Positions 17,725 through 28,651 of a DNA stretch of 64,000 bases are shown one piece after another. The DNA comes from Acidimicrobiia bacterium (GTDB lineage Bacteria; Actinomycetota; Acidimicrobiia; IMCC26256; JAGPDB01). The notes beneath the pieces are model-generated. The model saw nothing but the letters and a program-made list of their open reading frames with translations. It had not been told where the DNA came from and did no database searches. The stretch is from positions 8,349-72,348 of the forward strand of contig JAXLRE010000009.1 in the NCBI GenBank assembly GCA_046331265.1, written 5' to 3'. Numbering within the stretch: position 1 is the stretch's first letter; every line of letters begins with the position of its first letter. A program made the position numbers and the translations under genes.

Positions 17725-20700
17725 CTAGCTGCTTAATTGGTCCTCGAATTTAAACAATTCATTGGATTGAACTGATTTATCCCAATGTTTAGCTAGGGCT
17801 GGTCGGGCAAATAAGTAACCTTGTGCATATTCGCAACCTAGAGTTTTTAACTCTGCCATCTGTAACGGTGTTTCAACACCTTCGGCTATAGCTTGCAGAC
17901 CTAGTGCATGAGATAGCGAAACAACGGCGGTAACTATTGCGCTGTCTTCAGGGTCTCGGCCTAAACCATCAATAAAACCTTGGTCTATTTTTAGTGCATC
18001 AACTGGAAATTTTTTCAAATACGAAAGTGAAGAGAATCCAGTACCGAAGTCATCTACTTCGAAGTGTACGCCAAGATTTTTTAATTGATCTAACATTGCA
18101 ATTGTTGAGTTAGCATCAACCATAAGTGCACTTTCCGTTATTTCAAACCAAATACGTGAAGGATTAACTTTACTTCGTTTTAAAATTTTTCTAACTTCTT
18201 CAACGAAAGTCGGTTCGCTTAATTGTCGAGGGGACAGGTTTATACTCATTGTTAAATGTGAAGCATTTGCAGAGAATTGATGCCAACGATGCAGCTCGTT
18301 ACAAGCTTCTTCAAATATTTGCAATCCCAACGGAATGATAACTCCCGTTTCTTCTGCTAGTGGAATGAAATCTGATGGACCAATATGTCCTCGTTCTGGG
18401 TGTTCCCAATATACAAGTGCTTCAAAACCGCTTAATCGTCCTGAAGCGAGGCTAATGATTGGTTGATATCGCATTCTAAATTCGTGTTCGGTAAGTGCAC
18501 GGAACATTCCGTTTCCTGTTTCAAGATTTGCAACAGCCCTAGCGTGAGTTCGCTCATCAAAGATTTCTGATCTATTTCGTCCGGCGTCTTTTGCTCTATA
18601 CATTGCTGTGTCGGCATCACGAAGAATGGTTTCAGGAGTATCTTCTCCGCTCAAGCTTCTTGCTATACCAATACTTGCAGTTACGTAGACTTCACCTTCG
18701 ACCAGCATTATTGGACGATTGATATTTTCTAAAAGTCGATCAGCAATTTCTTGAGTTTGTCTTTCATCAGAAATGTCTTCACATAAGATAACAAATTCGT
18801 CACCACCAAACCGAGCTATCGTGTCATTTGGTCTAACTGAAGATTTGATTCTTTCGGATACTGACTCTAAGAGACGATCACCTGCAGCATGTCCAAGAGA
18901 GTCATTGACGACTTTGAATCGGTCGAGGTCAAGGAATAAAACTGTAACACCTAGCGAGGATCTTTTCGCACGTTGTAGGGCTACCTCTAGGCGGTCTACG
19001 AAAAGTAATCTGTTCGGTAAACCTGTCAGCGGATCGTGAATAGCTTGATATTCAAGCCGCTCTGCAATCGATCTTCTTTCGGTTGTATCTTCAATTTGAA
19101 CTACGTAGTATTGAAAAATGTCGTCGTCGTAAACACTTTGTGCAGAGATGAAACCCCATCGCTGTCTACCGTCTGGATGTGTGAAACGCAATTCTTTAGT
19201 CGTACGTTCCGGACCCCTTGCTTCTAGCATTTTCCACATATCAGAAAACGCAAACTGATCGTCAGTCAGTATTAGGTCGCGTAGCCGTGTGTTTAGTAAA
19301 TCAGAGGATCTTTTACCTACAAAGTTTTCTAGCGCTTCGTTGCAAAAGAAAATTTCGTTATTTTTATGGACTAAAGCAACACCAACAGGAGCATTTTCTA
19401 GTGCATTTTCGTAAAGCGCTTTAGCTTTTGCCACTTGTGCTTCAGCAAGTTTTCTTTCAGTGATATCACGAGCATTGATAACGATACCTTTGATAGCAGG
19501 ATCATTACGCAAGTCATTAACAACGCATTCGAAAGTTAACTTCTTGTTTTCTCGGGTTTTGATATATATTTCAAAAGGCTCTATATCGTTATGCTTATTT
19601 AGCTTATGTAAAACACTTACAGCTATTTTCTTGGTTTCAGAATCATTTAATACGTTTACTAGATTTTTTCCTATAACTTGTTCTTGCTTGTAACCTAATT
19701 TGTACCAGATTGATGGTGAGACAAATTTGATTAATCCTTGCGAAGATAAAACTATAATGATGTCGCTTGATTGTTTGATTAAAGCTGAAAAACGTGCTTC
19801 ATTTTCTTCAACTTCTTCTTGGGCTTTCTCTTTAAGTTTTTTTGCACGTCTTTCATTCACTCTTAACATTAAAAATAGTAGAAATACAATAACTGCTAAA
19901 CCTAAACCAGTAATTAATGTTTGTTGTCTTGAATCAGCAGATCGAATACTTGATGTATAGTAGTCGTCATAAGCAAGACGGAATTTACGTTGATCTATTT
20001 TCACGACAGCACTGTGTAAAGTCAGATCATCATTAGAAATCAAACTGTTGCTACTTGCTATAGCTTCGTTTTCTTTATCTAGCATTTTAAATACACGAAA
20101 TGTTTTAGACTTTGCTTGAGCATTGTTCAGGAAAATATTTAATGCTATTGGTGTAACTAATGAACCGCGATATGCGGAAATTCGATCTTTTTCATTTGGA
20201 TTTGTGGGTAATTTTTCGTACACAGGTGTGATTACGGCGATATAGGCTGACTGTCCATCAATCAGATAGTTATTTAAGAAAGGATGAGTTATCAATGACG
20301 AACCAGTTCTGATTGAATCAGAAATTTCATCACTAGTCGATACCACTTTATTAAGATTTTTACCGATGATCGAATCATTATTAGTATTTTGTGTAAAGTT
20401 TTCAAAAGGTGGTTCTGAAAACTTTATTTGATACTGGTTACTCATCCCATTAAAAGGTTCAACATAACTAATAAATGCTATGGAAGGGTTATTAATTTTT
20501 AATCGTGTATCTAGACTAAATTGATATAAATTCTGTTTGAATTTTTCATGGTCAGAATCATATGTTTTAGTTGCTCTATCATTTATATCCTCAATTTTTT
20601 TATATATCGATTCAATAGATTTTTTTGCTTCGCTTTCAATTTTTTTATCGATCTCTCTATTTTTTGCATTATCGCTTGAAACTTGTGCTGCCCATGAAGA

Positions 20701-20808
20701 AACAGAAACCAAAGCTACAACTATTGATGCGAGGATAGGGCCAATGAATAAGTGTGAACGTCTTTTGTTGTTCCCATGTTTAGGGCGCAGAAATCTAATT
20801 AAGTTCAC
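17725..20808 (-). CDS. Membrane sensor protein: extracytoplasmic domain, PAS/PAC x2, GGDEF and EAL
   Basis: 1027 aa with two TM helices bracketing a roughly 270-aa extracytoplasmic region, a coiled linker and PAS-like repeats. GGDEF domain has RFGGDEF with an RPND I-site. The EAL domain is intact (FEALVYW, EITES, DDFGTGFSSLSYL, AEGVET, QGYLF). Confidence 0.88.
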   Translation of the reverse strand: MNLIRFLRPKHGNNKRRSHLFIGPILASIVVALVSVSSWAAQVSSDNAKNREIDKKIESEAKKSIESIYKKIEDINDRATKTYDSDHEKFKQNLYQFSLDTRLKINNPSIAFISYVEPFNGMSNQYQIKFSEPPFENFTQNTNNDSIIGKNLNKVVSTSDEISDSIRTGSSLITHPFLNNYLIDGQSAYIAVITPVYEKLPTNPNEKDRISAYRGSLVTPIALNIFLNNAQAKSKTFRVFKMLDKENEAIASSNSLISNDDLTLHSAVVKIDQRKFRLAYDDYYTSSIRSADSRQQTLITGLGLAVIVFLLFLMLRVNERRAKKLKEKAQEEVEENEARFSALIKQSSDIIIVLSSQGLIKFVSPSIWYKLGYKQEQVIGKNLVNVLNDSETKKIAVSVLHKLNKHNDIEPFEIYIKTRENKKLTFECVVNDLRNDPAIKGIVINARDITERKLAEAQVAKAKALYENALENAPVGVALVHKNNEIFFCNEALENFVGKRSSDLLNTRLRDLILTDDQFAFSDMWKMLEARGPERTTKELRFTHPDGRQRWGFISAQSVYDDDIFQYYVVQIEDTTERRSIAERLEYQAIHDPLTGLPNRLLFVDRLEVALQRAKRSSLGVTVLFLDLDRFKVVNDSLGHAAGDRLLESVSERIKSSVRPNDTIARFGGDEFVILCEDISDERQTQEIADRLLENINRPIMLVEGEVYVTASIGIARSLSGEDTPETILRDADTAMYRAKDAGRNRSEIFDERTHARAVANLETGNGMFRALTEHEFRMRYQPIISLASGRLSGFEALVYWEHPERGHIGPSDFIPLAEETGVIIPLGLQIFEEACNELHRWHQFSANASHLTMSINLSPRQLSEPTFVEEVRKILKRSKVNPSRIWFEITESALMVDANSTIAMLDQLKNLGVHFEVDDFGTGFSSLSYLKKFPVDALKIDQGFIDGLGRDPEDSAIVTAVVSLSHALGLQAIAEGVETPLQMAELKTLGCEYAQGYLFARPALAKHWDKSVQSNELFKFEDQLSS

Positions 20809-20856
20809 CTAAAGAATGTCGGCAATTTATAGGGTTTTATGAGTTAAAATAGGTAA

Positions 20857-21129
20857 TTAGCTGGCCTTATAATAAGAATATTCGTAATTGTGCTCAGTTT
20901 TTTGCAGAATAGCACGAATAGCGCGAACGCCCGCCAAGCCCTGACGCTTATCTTCTTCTGATAGTTTCCATGGTTTTTCTTTGTCGATGGTGACTGATTT
21001 ACGTGCTTTCTTAGGCATTAAAGCGACTTTACATGAAGTATAAGAATCTGTGTCAATGAGAGATAGTTGCTTTGTCATGTTTTTATTAAAACATGTACCT
21101 ACGACACTTTTGTAAGGCCCCTTCATCAC
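20857..21129 (-). CDS. Small basic hypothetical protein (90 aa)
   Basis: It is the only ORF in a 336-nt gap. A minus-strand TACATT box (21141-21136) lies 6 nt upstream of its GTG start. It sits 48 nt upstream of the sensor gene on the same strand. Confidence 0.5.
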   Translation of the reverse strand: MMKGPYKSVVGTCFNKNMTKQLSLIDTDSYTSCKVALMPKKARKSVTIDKEKPWKLSEEDKRQGLAGVRAIRAILQKTEHNYEYSYYKAS

Positions 21130-21132
21130 ATC

Positions 21133-21141
21133 TAGAATGTA
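21133..21141. promoter_or_regulatory. Overlapping back-to-back -10 boxes for divergent leaderless genes
   Basis: Plus-strand TAGAAT (21133-21138) is followed by 6 nt and then the GTG at 21145. Minus-strand TACATT (21141-21136) is followed by 6 nt and then the GTG at 21129. The start codons are only 15 nt apart. Confidence 0.45.
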
Positions 21142-21144
21142 TAG

Positions 21145-22290
21145 GTGATTTACTTAGATGCTGCATCGACAGCCCCAACTTCAAAAATGGTACAAAATGC
21201 CATTATTGATGTTTTGTCTGATAACTGGGGAAATGTTTCTGGTGCACATCAAGTATCTGCAAGAGCTAAAAATATGCTCGAAGAAGACCGAGAAAAGATG
21301 GCTCAATTAATAGAGGCTAAAAGCGAAAATATAGTTTTTACCTCAGGTGCAACAGAAGCACTCAATATAGTTTTGCAAGGCTTTGCTAGAAAAAATCCTA
21401 GATCTAAAATTTTCTATTCAGCCATTGAGCACGATGCTGTATTTAAAACAATCGAATATCTTTCTGAATCAAATATCGATACAGTAAAAATAGCCGTTGA
21501 CTCGAATTCGATTTATAAGAGAGATTTTCTAAACGATATAAATGAGGGCGATTTGGTTTGCATTATGCCTGTTAATAATGAAACGGGTGTAATAAACGAT
21601 GTAATTGGTTTAGCCGAACAAGTTCATGAAAGAAAAGGTTTAGTTTTATTCGATGCAGTACAGAGTATTTATTCATTCGATCCAATAGAGTTAATTAGTC
21701 AATGTGATTTTGCTATTTATTCTGGGCATAAGCTTGGAGCTCCACATGGGGTTGGAATGCTATATGTCAGGGATAGGAAAAAAATAGATCAACTAACTTT
21801 CGGTGGTTCACAAGAATGGGAAGTTAGGCCAGGAACTACACCTGCATTTTTAATTCATGCTCTAAGAATAGTTTTTGAAGATGTTATTGCTAATCGAAAT
21901 GTTTTATCTGAACAAATGAAAAAAATTAAAAAGTATGCAATCGAAAAAATTAATGTCGAACTTCCTTTTGTAAGTATTAGATGTTCAGAGGTGAAAACAT
22001 CTAACCACATTATTTCGCTAGAAATTTATCCAATTGAATCTCAGATGTTAGTTGCGATGTTAAGTAATAAAGGTATCTGTATTTCAAAAGGAAGTGCCTG
22101 TGCCTCTGGTGCAAGTACCCCATCAAGAGTTCTTTTGGAAATGGGAATCGAAAAGCAAAAAGCGCTTTCAACAATAAGGCTCTCATTTTTGCCCGACACA
22201 ACAGAACAAGATATCGATATGGCTATAAACGAAATCAAACAATGTGTTGATATGCTTTCAGCAAAAGTAGTGGCAAGTAATGAAAAATAA
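21145..22290 (+). CDS. Cysteine desulfurase (class V aminotransferase, NifS/IscS-like)
   Basis: PLP-lysine motif SGHKLGAPHGVG and active-site Cys loop SKGSACASG. It lies directly upstream of, and overlaps, mnmA, as in other Actinobacteria. Confidence 0.88.
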   Translation: MIYLDAASTAPTSKMVQNAIIDVLSDNWGNVSGAHQVSARAKNMLEEDREKMAQLIEAKSENIVFTSGATEALNIVLQGFARKNPRSKIFYSAIEHDAVFKTIEYLSESNIDTVKIAVDSNSIYKRDFLNDINEGDLVCIMPVNNETGVINDVIGLAEQVHERKGLVLFDAVQSIYSFDPIELISQCDFAIYSGHKLGAPHGVGMLYVRDRKKIDQLTFGGSQEWEVRPGTTPAFLIHALRIVFEDVIANRNVLSEQMKKIKKYAIEKINVELPFVSIRCSEVKTSNHIISLEIYPIESQMLVAMLSNKGICISKGSACASGASTPSRVLLEMGIEKQKALSTIRLSFLPDTTEQDIDMAINEIKQCVDMLSAKVVASNEK

Positions 22291-23323
22291 GCGTGTTCTT
22301 TTAGCAATGAGTGGTGGTGTGGATTCGAGCACAGCTGCAGTTGTCCTAAAAGAACAAGGTTACGAAGTTGACGGTGTAACTCTTAAACTTTGGGGCGGTA
22401 CGACGGATTCCGGTTGTTGTTCTTTGGCAGATGTAGAAGATGCCCGACGGGTTGCTTCTCAGCTTGGTATAAATCATTTTGTGTTTAATCTTGGCGATGA
22501 ATTCATGGAGCATGTAGTCAATCCATATCTAGATGCACACACTAAATTGCAGACGCCAAACCCGTGCATCGAATGTAACCGACACATCAAATTCAAAGGA
22601 CTTCATGACAGGGCTATGTCTATGGGTTATGACTATGTCGCGACGGGTCATCATGCTCAAGTTGTCTTCGAAAATGGTATTTATAAACTCAAGAGAGGAC
22701 ATGATTTTGCAAAAGATCAAAGTTATGTTTTATCAATGGTTAATCAAGAAATACTCAGTCATACACTTCTACCTATAGGTCATTTAACTAAACCTCAAGT
22801 ACGAGAAATTGCTGCGCAAAATAATTTAAGAACTGCTTCAAAATCTGAGTCCATGGATGTTTGTTTTATTCAAAAAAAAGGAAGAGAAGATTTTTTAGCT
22901 GACCGAATAAAATTGCATCCCGGAGATATCATTGATGTTGATGGAAATAAATTAGGAAAACACAGTGGTGCTGAGTTGTTGACCATAGGTCAACGCAGAG
23001 GTGCAGGTTTCGCAGTTGGTCATCATGCTGGAGACAAACACTATGTAATTGATCGCAATGTCGATGACTATAGCGTTGTTGTAGGAAGCAAAAACGATTT
23101 ACTTGTTGGTGGCGCGAGAATTACAAATGTTACATTTACAAGGCCGATTGAATTTCCTGTCAATGTGAAAGTTCAACCTCGTGCTCATGGAACTACAATC
23201 GAAGCAATTTGGAATAACGAGAATGAAATTGAGTTTATAGAACCATCACCTAAAATTTCTCCAGGTCAAAGTGCAGTTTGTTATTTAGATGATGAATGTA
23301 TTGGTGCTGGAATAGTTATTTAG
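22280..23323 (+). CDS. mnmA: tRNA-specific 2-thiouridylase
   Basis: PP-loop LLAMSGGVDSS, catalytic Cys context NPCIECN, and typical length of 347 aa. Confidence 0.93.
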   Translation: MKNKRVLLAMSGGVDSSTAAVVLKEQGYEVDGVTLKLWGGTTDSGCCSLADVEDARRVASQLGINHFVFNLGDEFMEHVVNPYLDAHTKLQTPNPCIECNRHIKFKGLHDRAMSMGYDYVATGHHAQVVFENGIYKLKRGHDFAKDQSYVLSMVNQEILSHTLLPIGHLTKPQVREIAAQNNLRTASKSESMDVCFIQKKGREDFLADRIKLHPGDIIDVDGNKLGKHSGAELLTIGQRRGAGFAVGHHAGDKHYVIDRNVDDYSVVVGSKNDLLVGGARITNVTFTRPIEFPVNVKVQPRAHGTTIEAIWNNENEIEFIEPSPKISPGQSAVCYLDDECIGAGIVI

Positions 23324-24296
23324 ACTTTTTCTTTCGGTGTTGAGGCAGAGGTGAATCTGACCTTGGGGCTGTTTCTATTCCTAGTTGTTTTTCCATAATC
23401 TTTTCTTCGGACTTAGACAAAGGTTCAGGGTCGACTTTGTGAAAACGAGAATGGAAATTGTTTAGAAATAATTTAGGGTCAGCAAGACATAAATAGAGAC
23501 TGTCGACGTTTTTTCTCGATGTTTCATTTAATTTGTTTCTTACAATCAATGAATCTGTCTTTTCATTTAAAGAAATGTTAATAAGTCTTTTTCTAATAGT
23601 TGTAGGAACATAAATGTTGTCTTGAACATCTTTTCTTATGTCATCACTTTTAACCATTTCAATAGATTTAATCTTTGCTAGTGGCAAGAGAATTACGTCT
23701 GTGAACTCAATCGAATCTGCAATAACAATTCCATTAGGAACTATCACTGACCTTCTTAAAAAGATTCTCAATTGTGGAGTTATAAAAATAGCTCCAACAA
23801 TTACAGCTATAACAAGTGTGATTACCGCTTGTACCGAGTTATTCTTTGCAAATAAGTGTATGGTTTCGCTAAAAAGTGACCAGAAGATCCCCCAAACCAG
23901 AACGAACCATAGAATCACAGAGGTAGGAGATTTGAGAATAAACATGTCTTCATTTGCATTTCCGACATCAATAGAAACTCTCGTTAAGAATTTTTCTGAA
24001 AAACAAATGACATTCAATATTATGCCTAACAATATGCATGTCATTATTAATGTCGGCTTAAAATTCAATGCCAGAATTACTGTATTGACAAAAATACTAG
24101 ATCTAGAAATATGTAACAGTCCTAAAGTTTTTATTGTAAAAAATGCGAGAGACAAGGCAGTAATAGATAATGACACAATCGTGATTATCAATGCGGCATT
24201 TACGTAAGCCGGGGAATTGTCTGATTTATTCGCAGCATAAAAACATAAAGCGATGCATGCAAGACATGCAATAAGGTAAGAATATCTAAATTTCAC
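23316..24296 (-). CDS. Membrane protein with soluble C-terminal domain, function unknown
   Basis: 326 aa with about 6 hydrophobic helices, then a roughly 140-aa soluble tail ending in a Lys-rich sequence. Convergent 8-nt overlap with mnmA. Confidence 0.55.
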   Translation of the reverse strand: MKFRYSYLIACLACIALCFYAANKSDNSPAYVNAALIITIVSLSITALSLAFFTIKTLGLLHISRSSIFVNTVILALNFKPTLIMTCILLGIILNVICFSEKFLTRVSIDVGNANEDMFILKSPTSVILWFVLVWGIFWSLFSETIHLFAKNNSVQAVITLVIAVIVGAIFITPQLRIFLRRSVIVPNGIVIADSIEFTDVILLPLAKIKSIEMVKSDDIRKDVQDNIYVPTTIRKRLINISLNEKTDSLIVRNKLNETSRKNVDSLYLCLADPKLFLNNFHSRFHKVDPEPLSKSEEKIMEKQLGIETAPRSDSPLPQHRKKKSK

Positions 24297-24355
24297 ATAG
24301 GCAATGCTAGTTCTTTTAAAGGTAAATTAAAGTAAAATATGCATTATCCGACTAG

Positions 24356-26371
<2,016 letters not shown>

Positions 26372-26375
26372 TAAA

Positions 26376-27104
26376 ATGGAAAATAAAGTTGTTGTAATTA
26401 GTGGATCTTCTAGAGGTATCGGTGCTGCGTTTGCGCGACTAGCTCATTCCAAAGGTGCAAAAATTGTTGTTCACGGTAGAACTCAAACTGATGAACTAGA
26501 AAGAATCTCTAAAGAATTAGATGCTTTTCCTATTGTTTGCGATGTTTCAGATAAAAAACAGGTTATGTCAGAGTTCAGTCGAATTATCGATGAATTTGGT
26601 CGTATAGATTCTTTAGTGAATTGTGCTGGAACAATAAAATCAAAAGAATTTTTAGAATTAGAAGCTCAAGATTGGTATGACGATTTTAATGTCAACTTTT
26701 TAGGTGTTGTTAATTTTTGCCAAGCTGCAATACCTCATATGAGTGAAGGTTCCACCATTGTTAATATTTCATCAACAAGAGGCAAAACAAATTTAGCCCG
26801 TGCCGGAGCTTTGCCATACTCTGTTTCTAATGCTGGTATTGCTTCATTAACAATTGGTTTAGCAAAAGATTTGGCACCAAAAATTCGTGTTAATGCTATT
26901 GCTCCAGGTCCAACAGAAACAGATATGGCTAAAACATGGACCCCAGAACGAAGAGCTCAGTATGAGAAAGAAAGTTTGATAGGTAGAGTTGCACAGCCCG
27001 GAGAGATGGCTGAGATAATTTATTTTTTCGCAAGTGATCAAAGTGCAATAATTACAGGTCAGTTTTTTACTGCTGACGGTGGCTATGAAATTTATGGAAA
27101 ATAG
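26376..27104 (+). CDS. Short-chain dehydrogenase/reductase (FabG-like) with a YxxxN active-site variant
   Basis: Cofactor motif ISGSSRGIG and NISS. The catalytic segment reads PYSVSNAG, with Asn where the classical YxxxK lysine sits. Confidence 0.85.
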   Translation: MENKVVVISGSSRGIGAAFARLAHSKGAKIVVHGRTQTDELERISKELDAFPIVCDVSDKKQVMSEFSRIIDEFGRIDSLVNCAGTIKSKEFLELEAQDWYDDFNVNFLGVVNFCQAAIPHMSEGSTIVNISSTRGKTNLARAGALPYSVSNAGIASLTIGLAKDLAPKIRVNAIAPGPTETDMAKTWTPERRAQYEKESLIGRVAQPGEMAEIIYFFASDQSAIITGQFFTADGGYEIYGK

Positions 27105-27127
27105 TATTAATTGATAGGTATTTAATA

Positions 27128-28201
27128 ATGGAAAAATTTGGTTTTGTAGGTCTACCAAACGCAGGTAAATCAACTCTATTTAATGCACTTTCTGGTGGTG
27201 GAGCATATGCTGCACCGTATGCTTTTGCCACGATTGACCCTAATGTTGGAAACGCGAAAATATTAGATGAACGCTTAGACAAGCTAAGCGAGATGAGTAA
27301 ATCAAAAGAAACAATTTATGCCAGCGTACAGTTCGTTGATATTGGCGGGTTAGTCGAAGGTGCTCATAGTGGTGAAGGATTAGGAAACAAGTTTCTAAGC
27401 CATATACGTGAAGTAGACGGTGTCGTCTATGTTCTGCGTGCATTTGATGCTGGCGTTCCTGGCCCTACAGATCCTTTAGAACATTTACGAGTCGTTGAAC
27501 TTGAACTTGTTTATGCAGACTTTGAAAGTTGTGAAAAACAATTAGAAAAACGTATTAAACAAGGCAAGAATGATAAAGATATTGCCGCACAAAATGAAAT
27601 AGCAAAAATAGCATTAGAAAATTTAAAAGAAGGAACACCTTTATATCGATCTTCGATGTCTAAAGAAGATCGTGATGCTATCGCAGATTATTTTCTGCTT
27701 ACCAACAAACCATTCATGGCTGTATTAAATATTTCTGATGACCAATTAGAAAACGTTGACGAAATAAAAAAAGGAATCGAAAAAGAACTTCAAGGTGTAG
27801 AGATTGTTCCACTTTGCGTTCAACTTGAAGCAGAAGCTGCTCAGATCGCAGATCCGATCGAAAGAAAAGAAATGCTTGAGATGCTTGGCTTGGGTAAAGG
27901 TGCGATGGATAAATTTATTAGAAGTGCTTTTACTATGTTGGGACTTAGAACATATTTCACTACTGGCGAAAAAGAATCTCGAGCGTGGACGTTTAAGGCC
28001 GGAGCTACAGCACCTCAAGCTGCTGGTGTCATACATGGAGATTTTGAAAGAGGTTTCATTAAAGCCGAAGTCGTTTCATGGGAAGATTTACTAAATGCTG
28101 GATCATGGGTTAAGGCCCGTGAGCAGGGAAAACTCAGAATGGAAGGTAAAGATTACCTATTTCAAGATGGTGACGTTACAGAATTTAGATTTAACGTATA
28201 G
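27128..28201 (+). CDS. ychF: Ribosome-binding ATPase YchF (Obg-like)
   Basis: P-loop GLPNAGKST, DIGGLV motif and C-terminal TGS-like domain. Confidence 0.93.
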   Translation: MEKFGFVGLPNAGKSTLFNALSGGGAYAAPYAFATIDPNVGNAKILDERLDKLSEMSKSKETIYASVQFVDIGGLVEGAHSGEGLGNKFLSHIREVDGVVYVLRAFDAGVPGPTDPLEHLRVVELELVYADFESCEKQLEKRIKQGKNDKDIAAQNEIAKIALENLKEGTPLYRSSMSKEDRDAIADYFLLTNKPFMAVLNISDDQLENVDEIKKGIEKELQGVEIVPLCVQLEAEAAQIADPIERKEMLEMLGLGKGAMDKFIRSAFTMLGLRTYFTTGEKESRAWTFKAGATAPQAAGVIHGDFERGFIKAEVVSWEDLLNAGSWVKAREQGKLRMEGKDYLFQDGDVTEFRFNV

Positions 28202-28205
28202 CCAA

Positions 28206-28234
28206 TTGCTCAAAACGGACAAAACGTATATAAT
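28206..28234 (+). promoter_or_regulatory. Sigma-70-type promoter giving a leaderless transcript
   Basis: TTGCTC (28206-28211), 17-nt spacer, TATAAT (28229-28234), 6 nt, then the ATG at 28241. No Shine-Dalgarno sequence. Confidence 0.45.
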
Positions 28235-28237
28235 GTA

Positions 28238-28651
28238 TTGATGGCTAAATCGAGAATATTAAATATTCCAAGAGAAATTAAGCATATTGCTTCAGACGAA
28301 TTAAGTCGATTTCGTTCCTGGAGAAAAAGTGCTGATCCTAGAACCATAAATTTATTTGCAGGTGCAGCAGTTATTGCGCCTGGTTTTGTGTCAGTTGTTG
28401 CAGGTTCGATGTTATATTTAAACTCAAATGCAATTGCCAATTCTTGTGCTGCACAATCAACGACTAATACGCCATCTGCTTTATATGAGCCAAATGTTTG
28501 CAGACAAGCATTTGCAGATAGATCACATTCCAAAGAATTAATTTTTGGTGGTGGAATTGCAATAGGTGTTCCAGGTTTAGCTTTTATATGGAATGATGGC
28601 CGCTTAGCTGCAAGACAATCGAGAAATTCAGGTTCAGGTAGATCAATATAA
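28238..28651 (+). CDS. Small two-TM membrane protein, function unknown (probable start ATG 28241)
   Basis: Third codon positions are strongly A/T, like the host, which is not true of the overlapping minus-strand ORF. Two hydrophobic helices. Its stop abuts the start of the next gene. Confidence 0.55.
   Translation: MMAKSRILNIPREIKHIASDELSRFRSWRKSADPRTINLFAGAAVIAPGFVSVVAGSMLYLNSNAIANSCAAQSTTNTPSALYEPNVCRQAFADRSHSKELIFGGGIAIGVPGLAFIWNDGRLAARQSRNSGSGRSI

Noticed and set aside
23638-24207. 189-aa plus-strand ORF inside the 326-aa membrane protein gene. Similar long antisense ORFs occur at 4934-5434, 31770-32198 and 50761-51078.
   Set aside because: These are shadow ORFs fully nested in longer, better-supported genes on the other strand, with no start-site signals or recognisable motifs.
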